Virus record (IMG/VR): IMGVR_UViG_3300034061_000981
Coordinates: 1 to 64,000 of that record
Origin: a virus
Strand: one strand, 5' to 3'
Length of the DNA stretch: 64,000 nucleotides
A model generated the notes under the pieces. The model was not told where the DNA came from. It saw nothing but the letters and a program-made list of their open reading frames with translations, and did no database searches. The translations under genes were made by a program, and so were the position numbers. Position 1 is the first letter of the stretch. The number at the start of each line of letters is the position of its first letter. This document shows, piece by piece, positions 1 to 11,100 of the stretch.

Positions 1-114
1 GATGTTGAAATTCAAACTCCGGATCCTCAAGTAGACCCCGAGGTTGATGAATTTGTTGATGTTGAAATTCAAACTCCGGATCCTCAAGTAGACCCCGAGA
101 TCGATGAATTTACT
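1..114 (+). repeat. 57-bp in-frame tandem repeat, at least 2 copies (DVEIQTPDPQVDPE[V/I]DEF)
   Basis: Bases 1-57 and 58-114 are identical over the first 42 nt. The array may continue upstream of the window. Confidence 0.95.
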
Positions 115-1296
115 GGTATAGATGAACAAATAGAAAGACAAAGACAACTTGAAGATGGTTCACTAGAATTTGCCGGTATAGATGACCAAATTGCCGATAA
201 CGAAAATAGATTACAGGAACCACCTGTATTAAATGATGAAGAAGTAGATGCATATATACGACAAGCCGGACAACAAGATGACACAATAGAATCACCTAAC
301 TCAACAACAGAAAATACTGCGGGTTATCAAGCAGACCCAACAATACAAAGGTTCGATGACGGTTCTAGTATACAAACTTTTGACGACGGGTCAACATTAG
401 TTACTGATGCTGATGGTAATGTAACATCTACAAACCCAGGATCTACCGGTGCGTCACGCGGTCTATCAACTTCGTTAGCTGATACAAGAAGTCAAGCGAC
501 ACAACAAGATGTAGCAAATTTTCAAGCAAAGCCTGATTGGCGTGTAAGATTAAGTTTAGCACCTGGTGCAACATATCTTTATAAAGCCGCAACACCGGGT
601 ATTCTTGCACCATTGGCTGCAACAGATGGGGTAATATTTCCATATACTCCTTCTATATCGGTACAATATGCCGCAAGTTATGATCCAGCAGAATTAACAC
701 ATAGTAATTATAAGTTTTTTACTTATAGAGGAAGTTCAGTAGACGGTGTAACTATCACTTGCGACTTTACTGCACAAGATACATTTGAAGCAAATTACTT
801 ATTAGCAGTAATTCATTTCTTTAGAAGTGTGACTAAGATGTTTTATGGACAAGATCAGAATCCAAAGATTGGAACACCTCCCCCATTGTGTTACTTAAGT
901 GGTTTGGGTGCATTTCAATTTGATGCACACCCGTTAGCAATTACCTCGTTTAACTACGCATTACCAACAGAGGTAGATTATATACGAGCAGGATCTACCC
1001 CTACTCCAGCCGGAGTTTCTAGAGCACCAGCTAATACACCTATAAATAGCTTTAGCGTATCAGGTTCCCGAGCAGCCTCAAATGGTGTTGTGCCAGGCGG
1101 AGGAGTAGCACCCCCTCAGTTCACCCCACCAGCCGGCTCAAGAGATGTAACCTATGTACCAACAAAAATGTCAATATCAATATCAGCAGTACCAATCGTA
1201 ACACGTAATGATATTAGTAATAAGTTTAGTTTAACTGAATATGCTACAGGTAAATTGTTAAGAGGAACACAACGTCAAGGCGGAGGAATTTGGTAA
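1..1296 (+). CDS. Baseplate/tail-tube initiator-like protein with acidic repetitive N-terminal extension (5'-partial)
   Basis: Frame 1 is open from base 1 to TAA at 1294-1296, so the track start at 613 is internal. The C-terminal domain (DWRVRLSL...GVIFPYTP...HSNY...FFRSVTKMFYG...GTPPP...SFNYALP.EVDYI) resembles tube-fold baseplate proteins, and the gene lies directly before the gp53-like gene. Confidence 0.65.
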   Translation, partial: DVEIQTPDPQVDPEVDEFVDVEIQTPDPQVDPEIDEFTGIDEQIERQRQLEDGSLEFAGIDDQIADNENRLQEPPVLNDEEVDAYIRQAGQQDDTIESPNSTTENTAGYQADPTIQRFDDGSSIQTFDDGSTLVTDADGNVTSTNPGSTGASRGLSTSLADTRSQATQQDVANFQAKPDWRVRLSLAPGATYLYKAATPGILAPLAATDGVIFPYTPSISVQYAASYDPAELTHSNYKFFTYRGSSVDGVTITCDFTAQDTFEANYLLAVIHFFRSVTKMFYGQDQNPKIGTPPPLCYLSGLGAFQFDAHPLAITSFNYALPTEVDYIRAGSTPTPAGVSRAPANTPINSFSVSGSRAASNGVVPGGGVAPPQFTPPAGSRDVTYVPTKMSISISAVPIVTRNDISNKFSLTEYATGKLLRGTQRQGGGIW

Positions 1297-1607
1297 TGGC
1301 AGTTAATAATATATATCCAGCAACAAGTCCGTACAATACTACGGGCATTGTAAATAATAAGTTTTTAGATATAATGGTCAATAGAACTATTTCAATGCAA
1401 CCATCTGACGTATATTGGGAAATAACACAAGTATATGAATATAGACCTGATATGTTAGCATATGACTTATATAGTGATAGTAGATTGTGGTGGGTATTCG
1501 CACAAAGAAATCCTAATAGATTAAAAGATCCTTATTTTGATTTTGTCACGGGTGTAGGAATATATTTACCTAAGTTAGAATTATTAAAACAAACATTGGG
1601 ACTATAA
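1296..1607 (+). CDS. gp53: Baseplate wedge protein, T4 gp53-like (LysM-like)
   Basis: Motif YEYRPDMLAYDLYSDSRLWWVFAQRNP. The ATG at 1296 overlaps the upstream TAA, with GGAGG at 1282-1286. Confidence 0.8.
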   Translation: MAVNNIYPATSPYNTTGIVNNKFLDIMVNRTISMQPSDVYWEITQVYEYRPDMLAYDLYSDSRLWWVFAQRNPNRLKDPYFDFVTGVGIYLPKLELLKQTLGL

Positions 1608-4355
1608 ATGGATTGGATTATATACGAACGCCGAGGGATCTGGTATGTTGAAAACACTGCCAATGGTTTTAAATATCTTGGGACTCAACCTGCTGTCGCA
1701 ATCAATGTTGCTATAAAAAATGGTAACATGCCTGCAGACCTTGGGCCTAGACTTCTGGCTGACGCAGATGCGATTATTGCAGAGAATACGTCCGCACCTC
1801 CTGCACCTCCGCCGACACCAACTGAACAAACAAATCAACAAAATAGGTCGTACATCGCATCCGGCGGAATCGATGACGATTCTGGATCAATTCTAAGATT
1901 TGATGACGGTTCAAGTATACAAACGTTTGAAGATGGTTCTACTTTAGTCATAGATTCGGATGGCAATACTTCTAGTACACCTACACCTACACCCCCGCCT
2001 ACCAGTAATGCAGGGACAACTCAAGCTGGAAAGTCGGGCACTCCGGCTGGTAAAACGTCTGAACAAAAACCTGGCAAACGCCCTCAAAACCCTTTAGGCA
2101 ACTTTAGTAGCTATACGTATCAATTATCATTGTATATGATAACACCTGACGCATATGATGCGTTTATACAATCAGGTAGAAAAAATATTAATGCATTTCA
2201 AGATATTAACAATACAGGTAACGGTGTATATTTAATTGCACAATCAGGTGGAATTAACAACACAACATCAAAACGTGCTCCTGCCTTTGACCAAGATTTT
2301 TTTATTGATAATTTAAAGATCACACAAGCTATCAATGGTAAAGAAACTGGATCTTCAACGAATACAACTGAGTTGAGTTTTACCATTACTGAACCATATG
2401 GTTTTTCATTTGTATCTAGATTAAAACGGGCGGCAGATGCATTAGCTAAAGTTAGCAGGTCTAAAAATTTTGCAAAATTATCAAACCCAACAAAGCAATT
2501 CTTTATGTTGGGCATACGTTTTCAAGGGTATGATTTAAATGGTAATTTAATAAATTCAAAAGACATACCGGGCACAGACGGAGATCCTCAAGGTAATGCA
2601 TATGGTATATATGAACGTTTCTATGACATAATGATTACTGAAATGAAATTCAAAATTGAAGGTAAAGCAGTAACATATAATATCAAAGCAGTTTCAGTTG
2701 CTAGTGGAAGTGCATTTGGAGTCAAGCGTGGCATTATCGACCAGGGCGCAAAAGTTATAGCGAATACAGTATATAACGCATTGATGGGTGATGATGAGAT
2801 GTATCAAGGGTTATTGACTAAATTGAATAATGACCAAAAGAAACTAAAAGAGTCAAATCCTAAAATTATTCCAAATGAATGGGATGTTGTATTTCTCGGG
2901 GATGCTAAAACTGAAATACAATTAGCAAGTATAGTTAGTAAAGCTGATATTGATAAGCGAAAATGGGCTATGTCTAAAGTAAATGATACCGCAGAAGTTA
3001 ATGTAAGTAAAGAGATAGAAAGCCCGGACAATACAGTTAGAGAAATTACAGTACCCGGTGGTACACCTATATTGCAAGCAGTAAATCAAATTATTTTACA
3101 AAGTGATTTTTTAACAAAAGCATTGACAAAAGTTTACACTACTGCAGAGGAACCTAACCCTAACGGAAAAGACGATGAAATAATTGATGATTCAAAAAAT
3201 CAAATCAAGTGGTATACAATGACTGCTGAAGTTGAAAATTTAGGTTGGGATGAAGCGCAAAACGATTTTGCATATAAAACAACTTATATTATTCAAACAT
3301 ATGATACCCCAGTGGTATTAAGTTCATATGCTAAGAAAACTCCCAAATATCGTGGCCCGCATAAACGATATGAATATTGGTTTACTGGAAAAAATTCTGA
3401 AATATTGAGATATGAACAAATTATGGATAATACATATTTCAACGTTACGCTTGATGCCAGTGGTAATCCAAATGCATCTGGTGGAGATAACGATATAACT
3501 AGTAAAGTTGGAAAACCACAAGACGCACCCAAACAAGGTTTATTGGGTGATGGTTTACAGGCACAAAATTCATATATGACAAGTCTATATGATCCTGGTG
3601 CATTAGCACAAGCTAAGATTCAAATTTTAGGGGATCCAGATTTCTTAATGCAACCGTCACCTAGTAGTATTAATGCTCTTTATAATAAATTCTACGGAAC
3701 TGACGGTTACACAGTTAATCCAAATGGTGGACAAGTGTTTATTGAAATTAATTTCAAAGAACCAGTTGACTACAAGAATAGTAATGGATTATTAAGTATT
3801 AACGAATCTATACTATTTTGGAAATATCCGCCGGCGGTCACAAAAGAAATTAACAGTCGTGGTGGTGGTATAAGCTATATGGTTCTTACCTGTGCAAGTA
3901 CATTTAGTAAAGGTCAATTCTTGCAAGAATTGACCTGTGTGATTAATACATTCCCTGGTATAGATGATACTAAATCTGATGAGGCTGCTGCCGGTCGACC
4001 GTCTAACATAGAAGAAAGTGTATTTGATCCTACGGGTAACAGTGGTAATCGCTCCGGAGCAGGCACTAGCGCACCAACAGAGAACGGTTCTAGTACCACC
4101 GGCAATGATATAGATAACACCGAAGAAGATTATGGTCAAGATTATGAAGATTATGACGATGATTACGATTTACCGACAGACCAACAAACAATAGATACTA
4201 AATTTGGTCCTGTACAGGATGATGATGCGTCAAGCGATACTATAGAATCTGATTTTGGCGCATATGATGACGGTGGTAGAGAAGTTGAAGTTGATATATT
4301 TGGTGATGAAAACGCCGGCCAACCAATTGGTCGTGGTGGTGGCGGAGGAATTTAA
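1608..4355 (+). CDS. Baseplate hub-like protein (gp27/VgrG-hub position) with low-complexity termini
   Basis: 915 aa, located between the gp53-like and gp5-like genes. Motifs NPLGNFSSYTYQLSLY, FTITEPYGFSF, YEYWFTGKNSEIL, IQILGDPDF and STFSKGQFLQEL. Pro/Thr-rich N-terminus and acidic C-terminus. Confidence 0.6.
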   Translation: MDWIIYERRGIWYVENTANGFKYLGTQPAVAINVAIKNGNMPADLGPRLLADADAIIAENTSAPPAPPPTPTEQTNQQNRSYIASGGIDDDSGSILRFDDGSSIQTFEDGSTLVIDSDGNTSSTPTPTPPPTSNAGTTQAGKSGTPAGKTSEQKPGKRPQNPLGNFSSYTYQLSLYMITPDAYDAFIQSGRKNINAFQDINNTGNGVYLIAQSGGINNTTSKRAPAFDQDFFIDNLKITQAINGKETGSSTNTTELSFTITEPYGFSFVSRLKRAADALAKVSRSKNFAKLSNPTKQFFMLGIRFQGYDLNGNLINSKDIPGTDGDPQGNAYGIYERFYDIMITEMKFKIEGKAVTYNIKAVSVASGSAFGVKRGIIDQGAKVIANTVYNALMGDDEMYQGLLTKLNNDQKKLKESNPKIIPNEWDVVFLGDAKTEIQLASIVSKADIDKRKWAMSKVNDTAEVNVSKEIESPDNTVREITVPGGTPILQAVNQIILQSDFLTKALTKVYTTAEEPNPNGKDDEIIDDSKNQIKWYTMTAEVENLGWDEAQNDFAYKTTYIIQTYDTPVVLSSYAKKTPKYRGPHKRYEYWFTGKNSEILRYEQIMDNTYFNVTLDASGNPNASGGDNDITSKVGKPQDAPKQGLLGDGLQAQNSYMTSLYDPGALAQAKIQILGDPDFLMQPSPSSINALYNKFYGTDGYTVNPNGGQVFIEINFKEPVDYKNSNGLLSINESILFWKYPPAVTKEINSRGGGISYMVLTCASTFSKGQFLQELTCVINTFPGIDDTKSDEAAAGRPSNIEESVFDPTGNSGNRSGAGTSAPTENGSSTTGNDIDNTEEDYGQDYEDYDDDYDLPTDQQTIDTKFGPVQDDDASSDTIESDFGAYDDGGREVEVDIFGDENAGQPIGRGGGGGI

Positions 4356-4357
4356 TT

Positions 4358-7300
4358 ATGGCACAAGATTATTTTAAACCTAAAGGTAAAGCTAAAGCAA
4401 GCGAACCAGACGCCGGCGGCGGTGTCATACGCTCAGAACCAGCACTTGGTGTCGTAAAAAATAATATTGACCCTACACGCGGTGGTAGGGTACAAGTTTA
4501 CATTGCTGACTTTGGCGCACCTGACCCGGACGATAGTTCAAGTTGGATTACTGTAGCATACATGAGTCCTTTCTTTGGCGCAACACAAGGCAGCGGTGGC
4601 CAAGATACATTTGGTTCATTTACACAAAATCCAAGTAGCTATGGTATGTGGTTTAGCCCACCTGACATAGGCAGTACAGTAGTTTGCATATTTGTTAATG
4701 GTGATATGAACTATGGTTATTACATAGGTGGTGTACCTACTCCTGAATTATTACAAATGGTTCCTGCAATTGGTTCAAGTGAAAATGTGACTATGAATTC
4801 TGGTGAATCAAATAGTTATGGTGGCGCAACTAAATTACCTGTGACTAATTTAAACGTTGATAACTCATCATTGGCAGATGGTGCAAACTTTTTAAATGCG
4901 GCAAAACCAGTACACAGTTATGTTGCTTCTATATTATCACAACAAGGTCTAATAAGGGATCCAATCAGAGGCCCGATTACTTCTAGTGCATTACGTGAGA
5001 GTCCATCGAGGGTTGGTTGGGGTGTAAGTACACCAGGCCGCCCTATATTTAAAGGTGGATTTACAGATAATAATGTTGCAACTGCGGCTGACAAAAGTTC
5101 AGATAGTACATTAGAAGTTGTTGCACGTAGAGGTGGACATTCTATTGTAATGGATGATGGAGATTTAATTGGTAATGATCAATTGGTTAGAATTCGTTCA
5201 GCATTGGGTCATCAAATTTTAATGAGTGATGATGGACAAACATTGTTCATTATTCATAGTAACGGACAAAGTTATATTGAGTTGGGTAAAGAAGGTACAA
5301 TTGATATGTACGCCACTAACTCAGTTAACATTAGAACACAGGGTGATTTAAATTTACATGCAGATAATAATATCAATATCAATGCTACAAAAGATTTAAA
5401 CATTGCGGCTGACAATATTAACATTCAAGCTGAAACTGATATTAATTTTAGAGCAGGTGCAAACTTTAAAGGATACACCTTAGGAACATATACTATTAAA
5501 GTAGATGGTGCAATGAGTATGGGAGCAGGTGGCTCTGGATCGTATGCATCATCTGGTGATATGTTTATCAATGGTAGTAAAGTTAATTTAAACACCGGCG
5601 AAACATCAACAACACCGGAAGTTGTTGCACCTTTATCAACTATTGCACATACTGATACATTGTTTGATAGTATTAAAGGTTGGGCGGCAGCTCCTGCTAA
5701 GTTACTAAGTATCGTAAGTCGTGCACCGGCTCATGCGCCATGGGCCAATGCAAATCAAGGTGTTGATGTAAAAGTAAACAATAACGCTAGTAATTCATTA
5801 CCTAAAAATCCTTCAGGCGCAGTAGAATCTGCAAATGCATCAGCCGCATCTACTCCGGATAATGTAACAAATCCATCAGTATCATCCACTGTGCCGGCTA
5901 CAAGTCCTGCAAGCTCATCGCTTACCAACTCAGTCACCTCGTCTATGGTAAGCACAGTTGCAACAACAGCGGCTAATATTGCACCTAATGTTGTTGGAAC
6001 AGGCGCCGGCACATTTGAAAACTCAAAGGGAATATTAACCGCAGGTGTAGGGTCAATGGCTCAAACACCAAAACAATTAGAAGCCGCCGGTATATTGAAA
6101 CCTGGTTCAAGTAAATTAGTTGATAGTTTAGTTCAAGGTGGTGCTAATGTTCAAACAGCAATGACTAATAATTTGTTTACTGGTAAAGCTGGAGCAGAAA
6201 ACTTAACAACGATATCTCAAAACACTACTGCACAAGTTAAATCACAAGTAGAGAATTTCCAACAAGCACAAACTGGCTTGATGCAAGCTGGTATTATAAC
6301 TGGTAAAGAAGCACCAACTGCTATAGCAGGTCTAGTTGTAGCTGGAGCAACTGCAGGTCTGCCGGCAACAATAGACTTTGTTAAAAATTCAGCAGGTAAC
6401 ATTGCGAATTCTCTAATAAGTACGTCAACAGGAGCAACAAGCGAAATATCACAATTAGTAGCATCTGGTAATTTTGCGGCAAGTATGGCGACTACTGTAA
6501 CAGGTGGAACAGCGTCTATTGCTAAATCACTAAGTGGTATGAGTACAACTGCGATACAGGGTGTATCTGGATTATTAGATAGTGCTAAGGGAATAGCAGG
6601 CTCAGCTTTTTCAGCAATAACAAGTTCGTTTAAAGCATTTAAACCAAACATTCCGCAAAATCTAAAAGAAATTGCAAACTCAAATGCTACAACTCAAGCC
6701 GCAAACGAAACACAAGCTAACTCTGGTGTAGCAAATCAAATAGCGGCAGGTATATCAGCAACCGTACCAACGTTGGCAAACCCATTAAGCAGTGCTGTAG
6801 GTGCAGCCGCAGGTGCAGCCGCTTTAGTTAATAGAGCAACTACATCAGTGTCATCATTGGCTAGTGGAGTTAATTCACTACCAGGAGGTGCCAGCGCAAT
6901 TGGTGCAATTGTTGGCTCAGCCGGCTCATCTTTGTCAAGTTTACCTAGCATTATTCAAACAAATAATCTAATTAAAAATACATCGGCTGCGGTACAAAAC
7001 GGTATAACTACAAGCGCAGCCGCATTAATCGGTAATGTAGCACTAAGCGCCGGACCATTTAGTAGTATTGCAAACAGGAATGAACTTTTAAATACAAATG
7101 CGTTAACTAAAGGTTTAGCTGAAGGAACACAAAGTTTAGCATCACTAGCGAGTGTCGGTTTACCAGCAGGAGCAGCCGCATCATTGCAAGCAAGTTTAAG
7201 TTCATTAAGCTCATCGAGTCCGTTTCCTATCAAAATGCCAACAGTTGGCGCAAACACAACGGATAGAAGCGAATTAACCGCGCAATTAGGATCTGTCTTG

Positions 7301-7591
7301 GGTGATAAGAGAATTCCTACTCCAAACTTTAGTGGCACAGGTCCATCAAGTTCTGCAAAAGCTGAAGCTGATAAGTTAAATGATTTATTCAAACAACAAC
7401 AAGCACTGATTGTAGAACAAGATAATCAATCAAAAGCAATTAGTAAAGCACGTGATGCTTATATAGAAGCAAGAGATAATTTACCGCAAGGTGATCCGGC
7501 AATTGAAACAGCTAAAGAGGCTTATATAGCAGAAGTTAAGGCATCGGGTCAAATTACAGCTAAGATAAGAGCACTAGCTAATCAAGCATAA
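4358..7591 (+). CDS. gp5: Baseplate central spike, gp5-like (OB fold plus beta-helix) with long Ala/Ser/Thr/Gly-rich C-terminal extension
   Basis: gp5 OB-fold motifs GVVKNNIDPTRGGRVQVYI and PPDIGSTVVCIFVNGD; GHSIVMDDG and GHQILMSD; beta-helix repeats DLNLHADNNININATKDLNIAA. Confidence 0.85.
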   Translation: MAQDYFKPKGKAKASEPDAGGGVIRSEPALGVVKNNIDPTRGGRVQVYIADFGAPDPDDSSSWITVAYMSPFFGATQGSGGQDTFGSFTQNPSSYGMWFSPPDIGSTVVCIFVNGDMNYGYYIGGVPTPELLQMVPAIGSSENVTMNSGESNSYGGATKLPVTNLNVDNSSLADGANFLNAAKPVHSYVASILSQQGLIRDPIRGPITSSALRESPSRVGWGVSTPGRPIFKGGFTDNNVATAADKSSDSTLEVVARRGGHSIVMDDGDLIGNDQLVRIRSALGHQILMSDDGQTLFIIHSNGQSYIELGKEGTIDMYATNSVNIRTQGDLNLHADNNININATKDLNIAADNINIQAETDINFRAGANFKGYTLGTYTIKVDGAMSMGAGGSGSYASSGDMFINGSKVNLNTGETSTTPEVVAPLSTIAHTDTLFDSIKGWAAAPAKLLSIVSRAPAHAPWANANQGVDVKVNNNASNSLPKNPSGAVESANASAASTPDNVTNPSVSSTVPATSPASSSLTNSVTSSMVSTVATTAANIAPNVVGTGAGTFENSKGILTAGVGSMAQTPKQLEAAGILKPGSSKLVDSLVQGGANVQTAMTNNLFTGKAGAENLTTISQNTTAQVKSQVENFQQAQTGLMQAGIITGKEAPTAIAGLVVAGATAGLPATIDFVKNSAGNIANSLISTSTGATSEISQLVASGNFAASMATTVTGGTASIAKSLSGMSTTAIQGVSGLLDSAKGIAGSAFSAITSSFKAFKPNIPQNLKEIANSNATTQAANETQANSGVANQIAAGISATVPTLANPLSSAVGAAAGAAALVNRATTSVSSLASGVNSLPGGASAIGAIVGSAGSSLSSLPSIIQTNNLIKNTSAAVQNGITTSAAALIGNVALSAGPFSSIANRNELLNTNALTKGLAEGTQSLASLASVGLPAGAAASLQASLSSLSSSSPFPIKMPTVGANTTDRSELTAQLGSVLGDKRIPTPNFSGTGPSSSAKAEADKLNDLFKQQQALIVEQDNQSKAISKARDAYIEARDNLPQGDPAIETAKEAYIAEVKASGQITAKIRALANQA

Positions 7592-7594
7592 ATA
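7587..7594 (+). promoter_or_regulatory. Putative T4-type late promoter (CATAAATA)
   Basis: One mismatch to the T4 late consensus TATAAATA, just upstream of the gp25-like ATG. Confidence 0.55.
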
Positions 7595-7599
7595 TTATC

Positions 7600-8049
7600 A
7601 TGCCAAATTATATCGGATTCAGTACAATTAATGCTAACAAACCACAGTCTACTAACCTAAATGCTGGAGTAGACGGTGGTACAGGTTCTATACTGCAACC
7701 TGTCAGAGTGGGTAAAAAGTTTAGATTAGTAGACACTCCCCTTGTTGTCCGTGATTTTTTAAATGCATTAAACATTCAGCAAGGACAAAAAGTAGGAAAA
7801 CCCGAATATGGTACTACTCTTTGGAGTTTTGTGTTTGAACCCAATACCCCTGACACTCAATTTCAATTAGAGAATGAGATACGTAGGGTTGCTAATTTAG
7901 ATCCTAGAATGGTACTAAATTATGTAAAAGCATATCCGCAAGAGAACGGGATACTGCTTGAAGTTGAAATGGCCATAGCACCCTTCAATCAAGCATTTTT
8001 GTTAAATGTGTTCTTTGACAACGCAACAAATATTGCGGTTTTACAGTAA
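7600..8049 (+). CDS. gp25: Baseplate wedge/sheath initiator, gp25-like
   Basis: Motif LNIQQGQKVGKPEYGTTLWSFVFEP...IRRVANLDPRM; gp5-gp25-gp6 gene order. Confidence 0.9.
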   Translation: MPNYIGFSTINANKPQSTNLNAGVDGGTGSILQPVRVGKKFRLVDTPLVVRDFLNALNIQQGQKVGKPEYGTTLWSFVFEPNTPDTQFQLENEIRRVANLDPRMVLNYVKAYPQENGILLEVEMAIAPFNQAFLLNVFFDNATNIAVLQ

Positions 8050-8076
8050 TTCTAAAAATCCATGGTTTTCATTTAA

Positions 8077-8084
8077 GATAAATA
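8077..8084 (+). promoter_or_regulatory. Putative late promoter (GATAAATA)
   Basis: Intergenic, 18 nt upstream of the gp6-like start. The same octamer recurs at 30732 and 31519. Confidence 0.65.
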
Positions 8085-8102
8085 CTTAAAAGAGAACAAC
8101 CT

Positions 8103-11100
8103 ATGGCCACAAGTTCAAGACAATCAGCAATATTTGGTGTAAACGATTGGAAACAAATTTACCAAACGTTTAGCCAAGCCGACTTTAAAAGTTATGATTA
8201 TGAAACACTACGCAAGACTTTCATTGATTATTTGCGTGTGTATTATCCTGAAACATATAATGACTATATTGAATCGTCAGAATTCATTGCACTATTAGAC
8301 GTTATGGCTTTTATGGGTCAAGGTCTTGCTTTCCGCAATGATTTGAATACCCGTGAAAACTTTATTGATACAGCAGAACGTAGAGATAGTGTTATCAAAT
8401 TAGCTAACTTAGTAAGCTATACTCCAAAAAGAAACTTAGCTGGTCAGGGCTATTTGAAAGTAACTAGCATACAAACTACTCAAAATATTACTGATTTGAA
8501 TGGTTTTAACTTAAGTAATATACCTGTATTATGGAATGATCCTGCTAACTCAAATTGGTTAGAACAATTTAACACAATTGTAAATGCTACATTAATTAAC
8601 ACACAAAAAATAGGCCGTCCAGGAAACACAGCACAGATTATTGGTGTGAAGACCGATGAATATACTATGCAAATTCCTGCAGGTACATTGCCAGTTGTAC
8701 CATTCTCAAGTCAAGTTGACGGCATCAACATGGGATTTGAATTATGTAGTGTATCTACAGTAGGTGAAGATTATGTATACGAAATTCCACCTGCACCAAC
8801 AAACAGATTTAATATGTTATACCGTAATGACAAGTTGGGTTACGGTAGTCCAAATACAGGGTTCTTCTTTTATTTCAAACAAGGTACATTGCAGAATTTT
8901 GATTTTACCTTGCAACAAAAAATCAGTAACCAAGTAGTTGATATTGATATTCAAGGTGTTAACAACACTGATACATGGTTGTATCAATTAAGTGAAAATA
9001 ATGGTTCATTGGGATTGTGGAAGCAGGTGAATAACATTTATGCTGATGCATATTTGCAAACTGAATCTAGTTTCAAAGATATTTTCTCTGTTAACTCACG
9101 TTTCAATGACCAAGTAAGTTATGTATTTGGTGACGGTGTGTTCAGTAATATACCAGTTGGCAACTATAGAGCATATGTACGTTCCGGCAACGCATTAACT
9201 TATACAGTTGACCCAACAGAAATGCAAGGCATTTCTATTACTTTTAATTATGTAAGTAGAGTTGGTAGACAAGAATCACTAACAGTTGGTTTATCGTTAC
9301 AAGTTCCCGTATCAAATGCACAAACACGTGAATCGCTTGCTAACATTAAGCAACGTGCTCCAACTCGTTATTATACACAAAATCGTATGGTAAATGGAGA
9401 AGATTATACTAACTTCCCATATACATTGTATAGTTCTATTATTAAATCAAAAGCAATTAATCGCAGTAGCGTTGGTGTATCTAAGAACCTAGACTTACTA
9501 GATCCTACTGGAAAGTATTCAAGCACTAATAGTTTTGCCAATGATGGTGCTATATGGGCAATTGATGATGTTGAAAGCGTACCTCTAGTAATTAATAATT
9601 CAGGTGATATTATTACTTTCTTGACAGACACTTTAGCTAGTATACTGTCAGACAATAGATCCACTCAATATTATTTGCAAAACTATACAAGATATAATGT
9701 TAATACTACTACCGGTGATGGTGTTGTATATTGGCAAACAAGCACAGTAAATGCGAACAGCGGCACTGGTTATTTTTATAATATTCAAAATGGAGATGTA
9801 AGTCCTATATCAGTTGGTACATACTCTACTACTAACGCAAAGTATATTACAAAAGGTGCATTATTACAGTTTACTGCCCCGGCTGGTTTTTACTTTGATA
9901 ACAATAATCGATTAGTAAGCGGAATATCTACTCCTACTACTAAAACTTATATTTGGACAACTGTGTTAAATGTGGTAGGTGATGGTAGCAACAATAGTCA
10001 GGGTAGTTTTGCAAATGGCACGGGGCCAATCACATTAAATGGATATGTCCCTACAGAAGCAATATTATCTGTTGTATTGCCTGCATTTGATAATATTTTA
10101 CCTAACTCGGTTATACAAGAATGTAGAGTGCGTATGGATTTACAACAAGACTTTACTCTTGTTTTTAATAACTCATTGACTATTGCACAAAATCGTTGGA
10201 GTGTTGAGAATGTTAATAACCCTGACTTTTTTGTTTTGTTTGATAGTAATGCATATAATAGATATACAGTAGGCTACCGTTCTCTTGCTTATTACTTTGG
10301 TAGTGTAGCGGATACACGTTTTACATATGAAGCCGGCAAACTTGTTTATGATCCATTTAGTGGTCAAATTTTACAAGACTTTGTAAATGTGTTAGCAACT
10401 AACACTCAACCTGGTAGTAATTATCCATTAGTAAATAATATCTCTGCTAGTGTTGTTGGACAGCCAGTGCAACCTGATGGGTATATTGATGACTTTGAAG
10501 TAGAAATTGCTAGCATCAATGTTAATGATAGAACATTAGTCAATGATCCAGATTTCTTTAATCAAATTACAGGTTATGTAAATGGTAATACTAATATAGG
10601 TATCTATGTGTTCTTTAGAACAATACAAGATGCTATTAATTTGGCACGCACACAGATCGTTCCTTCAACTGAGGTATCATATCAATATCCAACTAAAACT
10701 CAAATTGAAGTTGTGAAATATGATTATCCAGTTGGACAATTATTCTATGCCTATAGTGAAAATGACTTCTATAGATCAGTGCAAGATCAAACAGTTACTA
10801 CACCATCTTATATTTTGGTAATTCAACGTGATTATGGTGTTCTGCCCGGACGCCAAGGCTTGCAATTCCAATATCGTCACAATAGCAATAATACAACACG
10901 TATTAATCCTGCGACTACAAATATTATTGATTTGTATGTAGTAACACAGGCTTACTATACTGCTTATCAAAATTATATACAAGATAGTACAAACACTGTT
11001 CCGGAACCATCACGTCCAACTATTACAGAGTTAACCTCTTACTATCCTCAAATTAATGATTATAAGATGTTAAGTGATAGTGCTATATTGAATAGCGTAG

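Noticed and set aside
1-114. 57-bp repeat as a CRISPR array
   Set aside because: The units are directly adjacent with no spacers, are a multiple of 3 in length and lie in an open reading frame.
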